From assembly GCF_009914755.1 (NCBI RefSeq), contig NC_060944.1: a DNA stretch of 64,000 nucleotides; one strand, given 5' to 3'. Positions 42,154 through 55,632 of this stretch are shown one piece after another (the stretch's first letter is position 1; each line of letters starts with the position of its first letter). The notes under the pieces are model-generated. The model did no database searches and had not been told where the DNA came from. It saw only the letters and a list, made by a program, of their open reading frames with translations. The stretch comes from the human T2T-CHM13v2.0 reference genome, Homo sapiens. A program made the position numbers and the translations under genes.

Positions 42154-42530
42154 TGTATCAGTCAGCTTGTGCTGTGTTATGCTACAGTAACCAGACACCC
42201 CCTACCTCCAAATCTTAGTAGCTTACAACAAGAAACAGTTTTCTTTCTTTCTCATTTTACATGTCAATCACAGATTGACTTAGGCTCTTTATCTCGAGCC
42301 CATGCGGGCTGAATGAGCAGCCCCTACCTGGGACCTACCAGGCCCCTGGCTGTGAGAAGAAAATGATGTGAAACCACAGAGTGGTTCTTAGAGCTTTTGC
42401 TCAGAACTGGCTTCTGACATTTCCGACCACATTTCATTGGCCAAAGCAAGCCTGATGTCAATGGGGAAGGAAAGTTTAATCCTTTATAAGGATGGAGAGT
42501 CCCCTAATATTGGGAATGATAATACAATGA
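42154..42530 (-). mobile_element. Old MLT1 (K/L-like) LTR
   Basis: TGTATCAGTCAG..TTATGCTACAGTAAC..AAATCTTAGTAGCTTACAACAA..CACATTTCATTGGCCAAAGCAAG. Confidence 0.65.
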
Positions 42531-43619
42531 TCAGACTTACTGAATTACATTATATTAGGCATAAGGAGGCTCCTATCTGAATAAATTAATAGGGTGAAAA
42601 TACAAGCAAGCTGTAGAAGCTTCAACTAACTCTATAAAAGAAATATTCAAGGAGTCTAAGCATTGAAACTCTTTTCAACTTTTCTCAGCAGTGGCACAGT
42701 GAAAAAAATTAAAAGTCATTTCAGGGCATGGTAGTTGACTTGAGAGGGCAGGAAACATAGCCCAGGGAGCTGCTGAGCCCAGAGTGGAATTGCTCCTCCT
42801 TCAGCAGCTATAAAGCATGGGCCAGGTCGTACAGCTCCTTATTTAGTAACATTGGCAAAAATCCAGGCTTCATTTATAAGTCACTGCATTGCAGTTCTTT
42901 TGGAGTACGTTACCAGGACTTCATAAAGATTGATTGAGTTCTGGGAAGCCATTGGGTTGAAAGTCCAGATGTACATAAATCAAGTTATAGCATCATTTAA
43001 TTCACAATGTATCTGCCCAAGTCATTTTGGGGTGGAAGTGAAAAGATTTATAGTAAGTCTTATGGGATTTGATGATCTGAAAAGTAAGAGATATTAAATG
43101 GGTGATTTAGCTGCAAGAGTTAACTGCAGTAGTTTAAAATTGACTCAAGTCTTCATTGCTACTGGTTTAAAATGCATCTTAAATAATTGGAAGTATATTT
43201 TGGGAGCTCTTTAGGGTGAAGAGTTAAACGTGATTTTTGGCAGTCAAAAATAAGATCTGATTTATATTCAGAAAAAACTCATCCATCAATAAAATATATG
43301 TCAGCAAACTACTTTATATCTTAAAGCACTGTTCTCTACCACACTTAGTTCAGATCTAAAAACTTTTACATAAATCTGTTCTATGATAAGAACCCAAAGT
43401 TCTTGAACTTGATAAAAAGAATTTCTGTGATCCTTTTAGTCTTGAGCCACAAATCAATCTACAATTGAAATCACACTTGCTTTTATGTGGAAGGACATGA
43501 AAAGCCACAATCCCAATTCATGCCCTCATGGTCTCTCACTAGCCAGGCACCTGGAGATCCAAATCTGTAGAGTAGGTGAAGTTTGCTATAATCTTCTCTG
43601 AGCCCAACTGTTCTGTATT

Positions 43620-43903
43620 GCTTTCTTTTTTTTGAATTCTTTTTTTTTTTTTTCAATGACAGCCTCCCTCTGTCTCCCAGGATGGAGTGCAGTGAGGACT
43701 CCAGTGATCTTCCCACCTCAGCCTCCGGAGTAGCTGGGACTACAAGCATGAGCCACCATGCCCGGCTTATTTTTTTATTTTTTATAGAGACCAGGATCTC
43801 ACTATGTTTCCCAGGCTGGTCTCAAACTCCTGGAATCAAGTGATTCTCCAGCTTTGGCATCCCGAAGTGGTGGGACTACAGGCTCCTGACACCGGGCCTG
43901 GCC
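43620..43903 (-). mobile_element. AluJ with internal deletion
   Basis: Poly-T followed by a diverged antisense Alu. Confidence 0.85.
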
Positions 43904-45089
43904 TTCAATTTCATGATGTTTCTTAATGCCTCAATTCCCCTTTCCTCTTTTCCTATCTTTTAATCTTTTCTATCTTTCCTTTCAAAATCTATTCTTTAAA
44001 AGAAGTTATTTTTAATTAAAATTTACCATCAGGTACCTTAAAGGCTGAGGAAATTTAATCTATTAGCATAGGCAATTGTATGCAAGTATCAGTAGAAAAC
44101 AAAGTTTTGGCCAAAGGAAGGATGATCTAAAGGGAAATTAAGACAACTGAAAGTGAAAGTGGGATATATTCCTCTCTTTTTAAAATCACACAGTGGAGCA
44201 TATTTAAAAACAAGTATTCAAAAGGACAGTTGATTAATACGGATGTTACATTTCTGTCTGCTCCTCTGACAATTTTACAGGCATTTTTGATGGAACAAAT
44301 TCTTAAAGGAACAGAGTTTTCTCCCTCATAATGAAGAGTACTTCATTATGAAAGACTGAACTCAATATTTTTTCCAATTAATACTAATATTTATTTAGTT
44401 TTACTTAATGTTCCTGAGAAATGTTGACTCTACATTTGATTTTATTAAATGTTGCATGTGAATTTACTTTCCTTCAATCTTTAAAAATTGCAGTTAGAAA
44501 AATCTAGATTCTTTCCCTGCCTTTGTTACTTCTCTAGAAGTACTGTGAAATTAGGGAGTTGAATTTGAGGTAATACTTGAGGGTGTTCAATTCTGAAATT
44601 CTCCATTGGTTCTTTTAGTTGAGGACAAGCTTCTTTAGTGAGAAAAATTACTGCCAAATTTATCTCTTTGTTAAATTGGAGCATGTGTGTATTACTTAAG
44701 CATAAAGCTAAGTACACTGTATTAACCATTGCAATGCCATTTTCTACTGGCTATTAAAAATTATTATTTAATGTAATATGTGGAAAACTACCCAGTGATT
44801 TCTAAAACTGGATCTTAAGTTTAAAAAATGCACTATTGATTACTATAATACATTTTAAAATCTAAATTTAATATCTAAAATGTAGAGTATAATACATTTC
44901 ATATCTAAAATATAATTACAATTATCTATACTTCCTTTTCATTCTTTTCCTATAGGTGTGTTGTTTTTACATTTTGTCTAAATTACTCTTCTCATTTCAT
45001 TTGTTTGATTTTTGCTTTCAATTCACCTAGCTAATACACTCTTTAAAAATGTATCATAATTTTTATTCATTGTACATTATGTTTTATGT

Positions 45090-46620
45090 GTATTTCATTC
45101 AATAAATGCATGGACTTGATAATAAAAATTCAGGCTACACCAAAGGGCACAAAATAAAAATATAAAGTCTTCCTCTCTCCCTACAACTGTCCTACTTTCC
45201 AAAGAGGACTATGTTTAACATTTTTTAGTTTTGGTTCTTGTGGTGATTAGCTTGGAAATTCTAAACCACTGCTGTTCAATAGAAACATAATGTGAACCAT
45301 GTTTAATCTGTCTAGTAGCCACATTTTAAAAAGCAAAAAGGAATAGGTGAAAATAATGTTCATGATACATTTTATGTAATCTCATTTATCCACAATGTTA
45401 TTATTTCACATATAGTCAACATTAAAAAATGAATATTTTAAATTCTATGTTTTATCTTAACTGTATTTTATACTTATAGCACATATTAATTCAGATTAGT
45501 TACATTTCAAGTGTTCAATGGCCACATGTGGCTAGTGGCTATCATATTGGACAGTGAAGATCTAGATAATATGCTAAATACATCAAATTTTTTGTTTAGC
45601 AATTTTAAACAGTATTTGCTAGTTTCCTGCCAAAAAGATGAAGAATTTAACATCTTGTGCTACCCATTCTATCTTACAAATCTCATTAAATATGTATTTT
45701 TAGGTCTCCCATTAGTCTTCTTTATTATTTTGAAAACTATACCTACTCTTCTTTTCTTACACTCGTATTAGACAATATCCTTTGAATTCCAGCTATGCAA
45801 GGTGTGGAAACTAATATTCCCTCACTTCTCTCCACCTCTCCCACTATGCCTCCAAACTTTTGTCAAGCTATAATAATTACTTTTAAATTGTTAAGGTTCA
45901 TAACCTTTTTATTCTGTTCTATCACTTTAATAAATTTAATTTTCTTGTCTTGTTTTAGGTCTCTAGAAATGTAAAACATGTGACAGTATTTGAAATATTA
46001 TGAGTCTGGCAATTTCATTGTACAATCAAGCAGTGTAATTGAACCCTTTGGAAGTACAATCTCCCACTCTCAATCTGTGCTACTTAAAGAAGAAACGTTG
46101 AATATTAAGGACAAATAAATTCTCATTTCCTGTATTCTATCAGTTTCTCAGAATTGTGCTTCAGTTTAGTTTGTTTCATATGAGGATCATGGCTCATTAT
46201 TCAATGTTGTGGTTTTTCTTGAATTCTCTTATTACCTTTCATTTACCTTGTTAACTAAGATGTATACTGGCCATTTTATTTTTAGATTGTCATGCCTTTT
46301 CATCATACCACTTAACATAGGAAAGTGACTGTCTTCTTAAAGACTGTCTCTGGTAGCTCACTAAGTTCCTTTTCTAATTTGAATTTATTGCCTTCTATGT
46401 CTGCTGCTGAGCTATGATTCTGGGATTTAATTTCATTGCTCTATTGGATAAATTTGCAGTTTCTTACATGCCAAGTCTTTCCCTTTCAGCAAACACAATA
46501 ATTTATTGAATTATATTCTCTAGTAACTTTTAAAAAAAACATACACAAGAGAAATAAACTTTCTGAAGCTTTGCATGTCTGAAAATGGCTTTATTTTCCA
46601 TTTACACTGGACTGGCACAT
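45090..46620 (-). mobile_element. Highly decayed L1M/HAL1-like sequence
   Basis: Resembles 18370-21420 (e.g. CTTTGCATGTCTGAAAATGGCTTTATTTT); family uncertain. Confidence 0.35.
45267..45560. mobile_element. MER33 (hAT-Charlie)
   Basis: CTGCTGTTCAATAGAAACATAATG..CATTTCAAGTGTTCAATGGCCACATGTGGCTAGTGGCTATCATATTGGACAG. Confidence 0.85.
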
Positions 46621-46992
46621 TTTAATTTTCTAAGAAACATCAGATATCTATAATAGCCTTTTATGCTACAAATGCACATTAGTGTGTCTATACCCTGTGG
46701 AAATTAAAATCCAAGTGAATCAGTAATTACACAGTTGTGGGATGAAATAAATTCTTGGACTTCTCCCCATTAGAGTCCCCACAGTGAAGCAATATTCCAC
46801 ACTTTACCTTTAGCCACTGTTTTGTACCAGTTGGGAAATCAAAACTTTCATTAAACCAGCCTTCCTGGTAGATACTTGGAAGAATTACAACACTCTTTAG
46901 CATGTTTAGAAATGTCCTTATTCCTGCCCACATTTTATAAAGACATAATCACGTGGTAGATGCCTTTGGGACTTTTGAAATGCATTCTGTGA

Positions 46993-47313
46993 ATGAGAAG
47001 AAATGCAAACATGTTGGCAAAACTGATTATTTTCATTGTGGATCTCACGCTTGCTTTGGCCATTTTTGTTATCTTTTATTTAATGGCTGCCACTGTTTTT
47101 TTCATCTCGGTCATTTTCTATATTTTCAAAAGGGAGATGGAAAAAAACTTTGACTTCAACAAGCGCCGAATCTGGGCGCTGGATTCTAGCAATGCTACTG
47201 AGGAGCCTTTGGCAGGTGGCGCAGAGAAAGTCAGCTCCAAGCTGCTTCCTGTCCATTGTCCAGCTGTAGGAGAAGGGTCTTTCCTGCCCAAGGACAGTGG
47301 TCCTCTCTTCTAA
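46993..47313 (+). CDS. Hypothetical 106-aa ORF with an N-terminal hydrophobic segment (unverified)
   Basis: ATG-initiated, in apparently non-repeat DNA, TATAAA 57 nt upstream; no homolog recognised. Confidence 0.15.
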   Translation: MRRNANMLAKLIIFIVDLTLALAIFVIFYLMAATVFFISVIFYIFKREMEKNFDFNKRRIWALDSSNATEEPLAGGAEKVSSKLLPVHCPAVGEGSFLPKDSGPLF

Positions 47314-48400
47314 AGAGCAAGGAGCTCTCTGAGGTGGAGGAGGCTTGTGAAGACTTCCCAGAACACTGCACCCACCTGACCAAGAGGTACTTTTTAAGGT
47401 GAGCATATTGGACATTGACCTCCATTTTCCTCCTTAATACAAGTAAAACGCATTCTTGAGATGAGAGGAGAAAAACAAATTATTTTAATCACTGCCTTCT
47501 AGTTTTCAAAATTGGAGTTGTCATCGTCTATAAATACTGCAAAAGTTTTTGTTTTTAGCTGAGTCTCAATTACCCAGCAAACCAAGGAATCCTACCTATG
47601 TTATTTTCTCTCCCAAGTACTGATTAGACAAAGGGCAAAAGAGGATGAAACTTCAGTTTTAATCTTCTCTAACAGTTCGGTTGAAAGGTTTGGTAGAAGA
47701 GAAAGTTTGAGAAAATGCATGCTTTGATCATCCCTATTCTATTTCACAGCTTTGGTTCAGTGGAAGCAAATCAGTTTTGCCTTGGTTTTTGACAGAAAAA
47801 ATGGCTACCATAGGTTCCTGTGTTTGGGTTTTTGTGGTATAAATGCATATATTTTATGGTATTTGCATATATTTTTGTTTTCAGAAGCTTCTGGTAAGTT
47901 GATTTAATTTTAGCAGTTGTGATTACAACTCTTAAAACCAAGTCCTTGTTTATATATTTCATCTCCATTGCCTTGTAGACTTCTGACTTCTTAACTTTTT
48001 AAAAGTATTTCTTACAAACAAACTGAAAAATCATTTCAGTCTAAATGTTAGATAACACTTACATGAATTCCTTACAAAATGTAGCAAAATCATACTCAAT
48101 AAAGGAAAAATAATAGGCTTAGCCTCCGAGGCCATAAATGCATAAAATTTTAGGAAAAAAAAATTGCTTTAGTATAATAATGTTATCCATAGATCAGTCA
48201 TGCCACTTGCTGAAGAGTACAATAGCTCCTCCACAGAAGAAACTGGTTAAGTGTTGTTGAATGAGTACAAATTTTAGTAAGGGATTTTAAAATCATCTCC
48301 ATTGCATCATTTCCAGGTTTATGCACAGAAGTAGAGAGGCTGACCTACCTGGTGGGATGGGGGATGCACAACGGAAGAATACCTTATAAACAATTGCCCT

Positions 48401-48710
48401 GGCCGGGCGCGGTGGCTCACGCCTGTAATCCCAGCACTTTGGGAGGCTGAGGTGGGTGGATCATGAGGTCAGGGGATCGAAACCATCCTGGCCAACACGG
48501 TGAAACCCCGTCTCTACTAAAAGTACAAAAAATTAGCCAGGTGTGGTGGTGGGCACCTGTAGTCCCAGCTACTCAGGAGGCTGAGGCAGGAGAATGGTGT
48601 GAACCCAGGAGGCAGAGTTTGCAGTAAGCCAAGATCGTGCCACTGCACTCCAGCCTGGGCAACAGTGAGATTCCATTCCCCCCCTCCAAAAAAAAGTAAA
48701 AGAAAAAAAA
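48401..48710 (+). mobile_element. AluSc/Y
   Basis: GGATCATGAGGTCAGGGGATCG; TSD AATTGCCCT. Confidence 0.92.
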
Positions 48711-49694
48711 TTGCCCTTAATTGCTGATTACCTGCATGGAATTTACAATTATGGAACCGGTATTTAATGAAATGGTTTTTCAGTTCTAAGAAAACTTGAC
48801 TACCATGCAAATATCATGAAAGAGGCACCCAGAGTATGTTTCTGTTTGTCTTTAAATCTTGCCATTAATTCACTCCACAACATATGTACAGGGTCTAGAG
48901 GGATGAGGAATAATTTAGGTAAATTTTGATTCAGAGGAGGCAGAAGCATAGGTCCTGCATGTGAGGCACTGGTGAAGTCAGGTATCCCCCGGAAGAACTA
49001 AGGGGTAGGGGTAAGGAAGAGGAGGGTGGAAAAGAGACACAATGTGAATGTAGGATGTGATGAAATTGAGGTATACCAAGGTGAACATTCACTTTTGCCT
49101 TGTGTAAGCTCTTAGATACTGAAGAAAACTCTACACTCTACTGTGCTAACATTCACTGGGGATGGGCCATGGTTGGACCCCAACAAAGATTTCTTGTGTG
49201 GTCTTGGCCATTTGCCCCAGGGTTTTCTTGTGTATCTCCTATGTGTTCCTAATGTAAAGGATTAGGGTTGATGGCAATGATTTGATAAGAAAGGAAATCA
49301 AAATTGCTTCACATTTGAACATCTTCTGAAGCTGACCCTCAAATTCCACTACACTCCTGTCTTATACCTGGCTTCGGAGGACCTGCTGGCCCTGCAAGGC
49401 GTTTCAGTTTGTGTAACCTGCCAGGTTCCTCCAGCTCCACTTGAGTTACTTTTGCATCCAAAGCTGTCTTTCCCTTAGCTTCTATTTGGGTTCCAGAAAG
49501 GTAAGTTTAGTACTGCTAACTTATAAATTCAGTTAGGTGAAAATTCATTTCTAAGACTTATTACTTATCAGTGATTCAACCAGGGAACCCAGGTACCTAT
49601 TGGCTCTATTTTTTGGACTACGCCAGCCCACTCTTAAAATTCATAAGGGTCTTGGGAGTCATTTAGTACACTTCTCATCCAATATTTTCTATAA

Positions 49695-49944
49695 GACACT
49701 TGTCCAACCCACGGTCTGTGGGCTGCCTGCAGCCCAGGATGACTTTGAATGTGGTCCAACATAAATTCATAAACTTTCTTAAAACATTACGAATTTTTTT
49801 TTTTGCAATTTTTGCTCATCAGCTAGCATTAGTATTAGTGTATTTTATGTGCTAGCATTAGTGTTAATGCATTTTATGTGTGGCCTGAGACAATTCTTAT
49901 TTTTCCAATGTGGCCCAGGGAAGCCAAAAGATTGGAAACCCCTC
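49695..49944 (-). mobile_element. MER30 (hAT-Charlie)
   Basis: TTGTCCAACCCACGG..TGTGGCCCAGGGAAGCCAAAAGATTGGA; 8-bp flanking repeat TTCTATAA (49687/49945); short internal duplication. Confidence 0.9.
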
Positions 49945-50858
49945 TTCTATAATATCCCTGAAAGATAGTTGTTCAACTTCTGCTTAGCCATACTGCATGA
50001 GATGGAATTTTTTTCCCTCATAAGGAAGTGTGTTGTTAAGAAGTTCTTTATAACATACAGTGGAAATCTGAGTCTCCACATTGTCCTATTTTTACTCTGT
50101 TAAGCAATCCAGAAAACTGTTGACTAAGTACAATGACTTCACTGGAACCACAAACTCTAAGAAGAAAGATCAGCTTCTCCTTTTATAAATTTCCTGCCTT
50201 CTACTCAAAGCATTGAATAATGTTGCCTTTTTCAGTGCAAATAACCCATTTAAGATCATAATAGTAAGATAAATCTAGAATTTATTGTGTACATTATTAG
50301 AAAATTCTTGATTTGTCCTTTCTGACTTCTTGTACATATTTGTTAATCAGGAATTTTGAAATTCATTTCTTCAAAGCTTCCTCAAGTCTGGGAGTGTTGC
50401 CAATTTGCATGGAAGAACAACATTTCATGACTGCATTCATAACGATTAAAATGTAATTCTAATGCACTAACCCAATTTCACAGCACATCAAAAATTTAAT
50501 TCAACCCAAAATGACTCTCACAGATGTCTGATAATTTTCCAGTGGATGTTATTTGTAAGGTCAGATAAATTTGAGCATTTTAGAAAATTGTCAATCTTGC
50601 CAATACAATTTTTTGTAAATACAGCAACAGGAATACCTCCAGTATCAAGCTATGCTAATCTTTACAGAATGAAGCCCCTTTCATCAAAGGTAGCTGAGAG
50701 TGGAGAAAATTGGGAAAGAGTCCAGCCATTGCATTTCTGGTGGGTTCAGCTAAAGGGGCCCTGAGGCTGCAGTAAGGAAGTCCCCATGTTCAGGATCCTC
50801 ATGGCTTTATCAGTAGGTTTGGGGGAGTCAGAGTGTTAGAAGCCAAAGATTTTCTGAC

Positions 50859-51233
50859 TGTGGCACATATACACCATGGAATACTATGCAGCCATAGAAA
50901 ATGATGAGTTCACGTCCTTTGGAAGGACATGGATGAAGCTGGAAACCATCATTCTCAGCAAACTATGCAAGGACAGAAAACCAAACACCGCATGTTCTCA
51001 CTCATAGATGGGAACTGAACAATGAGAACACATGGACACAGGAAGGGGAACATCACACACCAGGGCCTGTTGTGGGGTGGGGGGAGGGGGGAGGGATAGC
51101 ATTAGGAGATATAACTAATGTAAATGACGAGTTAATGGGTGCAGCACACCAACATGGCACATGTATACATATATAACAAACCTACATGTTGTGCACATGT
51201 ACCCTAAAATTTAAAGTATTAAAAAAAAAAAAA
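50859..51233 (+). mobile_element. 5'-truncated L1PA (PA5-like) 3' end
   Basis: Canonical L1PA 3' UTR plus poly-A; TSD AGAAGCCAAAGA(C)TTTTCTG. Confidence 0.93.
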
Positions 51234-51369
51234 GAAGCCAAAGACTTTCTGGCTTTGTGGAAGGCTGAGGGTGAGCAAGCTTCTAGAAGACAAAGAGAAA
51301 GTCAGTTCCTGGAATGCATATCTATAATTCCTTTTTTGTTTTTGCCTCTGGTGACATTTCTAACAATAT

Positions 51370-51690
51370 ACAGTTGGCTCTCTCTATCTATGGGTTCCAC
51401 ATTCGTTAATTCAACCAACCATGTATGAAAAAATATTCAAAAAAATTTAAAAAGAACAATACAAAAAATAATACAAATTTTAAAAATACAGTATAACAAC
51501 TACTTACATAGCATTTACACTGTATTAGCTTAAAGTATACAGGAGGAGATTACTTAAAGTATACAGGAGGATGTGCATAGATTAAATGCAAATACTATGC
51601 CATTTTACATAAAGAACTAAAGTATCCTTAGATTTTGGCACCACTGGGGATCCTGGAGCCAATCCCCCATGAATACAGAGGGATAACATT
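51370..51690. mobile_element. MER2 (Tigger-family MITE)
   Basis: CAGTTGGCTCTCTCTATCTATGGGTTCCAC..GGAGCCAATCCCCCATGAATACAGAGGGA. Confidence 0.85.
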
Positions 51691-51893
51691 AAAAGCGTTT
51701 GGATCTGGGAGTCCCTTTAGGATCTGGACCACACCACTTACTGGCCGTTTATTTCTATCAAGTCATTGCCTCCTTTGGCCTCTTTTTCTCCGTCTGAAAA
51801 GAAGGACATGCAAAACTAATGCCTTGTAAGGCCCCTTAAGTCCTAAACTACTGTAAATGTTATAAAACAAAATGAGTTTAAAAGTGAGATGCC

Positions 51894-52194
<301 letters not shown>

Positions 52195-53034
52195 GTAAGA
52201 CTCCTGGTCGGCCAAGATGGCAATTTACACACATGGTTTCTCATCATCTGTCACTATACTTTGCTAATACCTGGGAGATGCATGACTTGTGGGAACCCCC
52301 AAGGGAAAAGATGAGAGTTTTCAGGAGCACTTGTAGGACTAAGAATAAACCCTCAGAATAAATTTTCTTGGGGACCCGACATTTATCTTCATGTCCCTCT
52401 TGCACTACCTGCTCACAATTAAAGTACAACATGATATGTATACCTGCATCCCACAGGTATCCATTGTCCTGTTAGTTCAGACAGGCTATCTAAACGTCTA
52501 AACCCAAGCATTTTTGTTCTGTGTACAAGCAAGGTATCTATTTTGTACTCAGTATTAATCACTTAGATTATTTTGCCTCCCAAGATATCAATTTGTTCAA
52601 CTATAAAATGAATATATGGTGTAAATACTATCAAATAGTCCCACCTGGGTTAATATGATTTTAAGGGTATATTGAGTAGCTACGCTTTGCTATTAACTCT
52701 GCCAGGTGGTTTGGCAAAACAAAGACACGTAACACATAGGTGTAGACTTCAAAAGAGTTCTCATTTTATTTGCGTTTGAAAGCATCCATGAACCAAACAT
52801 GAATTGGAAATCTCAGGTAAAGTAATTAACTAAACAAATAAAATGTAATGCTTTTTCAAAAGTTAAAGTTTCAATAAAGTCCCAGAGTTTGCCAGCTTTA
52901 ATTTTGTTTATTTTTAATATTCTGTGTTTTGAATGAGAAAATCAAGCCAGGCAATCTAATTGTTTTGCATTGTAAATCATCTTATTTGACTTATAAGACA
53001 GAATTTGCTAAAAGTAATTGAACTATTTCTCACT

Positions 53035-54410
53035 CGTTTCTTTGGGTATGACATCAAAAACACAGGGAAAAAAAGAATTTTTTTCAAAATTAAAAACTTC
53101 TTTTTATCAAAGGACACAAGCAACATAGTGAAAAGGCAGCCCACATTATAGGAGAAATGATTTGCAAATCATATGTCTAACAAGGAGTTAATATCCAAAA
53201 TATATAAAGAACTCCTACAACTCAACAACAACAAAAATAAAAAACCTGATTAAAAAATGGTCAAAGGATTTAAATAGATATGTCTTCAAAGAAGATATAC
53301 AAATGGACAATATAACATGAAAAGATGCTCAATAAAAGCCACAATGAGATATTACCTCATACCCATTAGAGTAGTTTCTATTTTTAAACAGCAGCAGAAA
53401 ATAAGTTTTGCTGAGAATGGGAGAAATTGGAACTCTTGTGTACATAAAATGGGTGCAGCCACTATGGAAAAGAGCATGGCGGTTCCACAAAAATTAAAAA
53501 GTAGAGTATGTGATTCAGCAGTTCCACTTCTGGGTATATATCAAGAAGAATTGAAAGCAGAGTCTCAAATATATATTGTACACCAAAGTTGATAGCAACA
53601 TTACTCACAATAGCCAAAAGGCAGAAGAAATTAAAGTGTCCATTGATGAACGAATGTATAAACAAAATATAGTGTATTCATTCAATGAAATATTATTCAG
53701 CCTTAAAGAAGGAAATTCTTACACATGCTGCAACATGGATAAATCTTGAAGACTTTTTTTTTTCTTTTTTTTTGAGACGGAGTCTCGGTCTGTCGCCCAG
53801 GCTGGAGTGCAGTGGTGCAATCTCGGCTCATTGCAACCCTCGGCCTCCCAGTTTCAAGTGATTCTCCTGCCTCAGCCTCCTGAGTAGCTGGGACTATAGG
53901 TGTGCACCACCACACCCAGCTAACTTTTTTTTTTTTTTTTGAAATTTTTAGTAGAGATGGGGATGGGGTTTCACCATGTTAGCCAGGATGGTCTTGATCT
54001 CCTGACCTCGTGATCTGCCTGCCTCAGACTCTCAAAGTGCTGGGATTACAGATGTGAGCCACCGCACCCAGCTGAAGACTTTATGTTACATAAAATAAGC
54101 CAGTCACAAAAAGACAAATACTTCCATATAATTTCACTTACGTGGGGTACACAGAGTTGTCAAATTCATAGAAACAGAAAGTAGAATAGTAGTTGCTAGA
54201 GACTGGGGAAGGGGGAAGTAGGGCATTGTTGTTTGATGGGTACAGGATTTCAGTTTTGTCCGAAGAAAAAGAGTTCTGTGGATCGACAGTGGTGATGGTT
54301 ACACAACAATGTGAATGTACTTAATGCCCCTGAATCATGCACTTGAAAAATGGCTAAGACAGTAAATTTTATATTCTGTATATTTGAACACAATAAGAAA
54401 AATAAAAAAG
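53035..54410 (+). mobile_element. L1MB ORF2 3' end and 3' UTR, interrupted by an Alu
   Basis: ATCAAAGGACACA..TTTGCAAATCATATGTCT..CAAATTCATAGAAACAGAAAGTAGAATAG. Confidence 0.88.
53754..54072 (-). mobile_element. AluSc/Y
   Basis: GTTAGCCAGGATGGTCTTGATCTCCTGACCTCGTGATC; TSD TGAAGACTTT. Confidence 0.92.
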
Positions 54411-54435
54411 AAAGTAGATCAATTATATTCTGGCT

Positions 54436-54752
54436 TTTATTATTATTATTATTATTATTATTTTGAGACAGGGTCTCACATTGTTACCCAGCCTGGAGTG
54501 CAATGGCGTGATCTCGGCTCACTACAGTCTCGTCCTCCCAGGTTCAAGCTATCTTCCTGCCTCAGCCCCACAGGTAGATGGCATTACAGGTGTGCACCAC
54601 CATGGCCTGCTAATTTTTGTATTTTTCTCTTTTGTAGAGACAAGGTTTCACCATGTTGCCCAAGCTAATCTTGAACTCCTGAGCTCAAGTGATCTGCCTG
54701 CCTCAGCCTCCCAAAGGGCTGGGATTACAGGCGTGAGCCACTGAACCTGGCC
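54436..54752 (-). mobile_element. AluJ with (TAA)n tail
   Basis: GAACTCCTGAGCTCAAGTGATC; TSD CTGGC(A)TTTT. Confidence 0.88.
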
Positions 54753-55029
54753 CTGGCATTTTTTTATCATTATAAAATGTCACATTTATTGCTACAGTGC
54801 TGTTATATACAGGACAGGTCTCCAAATTGCCTTTAAAGAGGATCGTTTAAAAATCCCAATAATCCAGCCAGCTGTGTTGACATCTATAAAATTATTTTTC
54901 TTAAAAAAAAATTACTCGTTTTGAAAACCAGTTACCTTGAAGCACTCAGAGCACAATTTCCACCCAATAATTGTGGTTTTGTCCACCTCCCACATTTGTT
55001 CCATTTTTTGTGTTGGGTTAATCTCATTA

Positions 55030-55290
55030 TACATGTATTATATATATGTAGATATAAATATATCTATCTATATACATAGATATCTGTTATATCTATGTAT
55101 ATAGATAATTATATTATCTATAATATAATTATATAGATAATTATATTATCTATAATATAATTATATAGATAATATAATTGCAGATAATAATATAGACAAT
55201 ATAATTATATCTGCATACAGATATAACAGATATCTATATAGGTATAATTCAATTATGTAATTGAATTACATATAGAATTATATATATACA
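55030..55290. repeat. AT-rich palindromic / low-complexity tract
   Basis: Nested inverted repeats and a 32-bp tandem unit, visible directly. Confidence 0.9.
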
Positions 55291-55414
55291 ATTTATTTTT
55301 TTGCCTGATTATAAAAACTAGGCTATGGGGAATGATGGTCTTCACAGGGGGTATTTCGTATAGGTAAACTATCCAGATTATTTGGCTTTTAAAAACTGTA
55401 TAGGACATATATGC

Positions 55415-55566
55415 CCAATCTCAACCATGGCTGCATAATAAAATCACCCAGCAAGCTATTTAAAAATAATAGATTTTGGTTCTAGGGTAAAGCCCTGACA
55501 TGGAGATTTTAAAAACATCACCAAGTGATTGTAATGTGTGGCTAGAATTGAAAACTACTGCCCTAG
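55415..55566. mobile_element. MER5-like MITE
   Basis: TCTCAACCATGGCTGCATAATAAAATCACC..AGTGATTGTAATGTG..TTGAAAACTACTGCCCTAG. Confidence 0.65.
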
Positions 55567-55632
55567 TTTCTCAATCATTGAATTATATTAGTCTGATCAT
55601 TTGGTTTGTTCTTGGCACTGATGACCATGAAG

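Noticed and set aside
44925-44960. Strong-looking splice acceptor CTTCCTTTTCATTCTTTTCCTATAG|G
   Set aside because: Followed by very T-rich sequence with no convincing donor at exon distance.
47080-47425. Minus-strand ORFs of 111 and 64 aa
   Set aside because: No recognisable homology or promoter/splice support; probably a by-product of locally higher GC.
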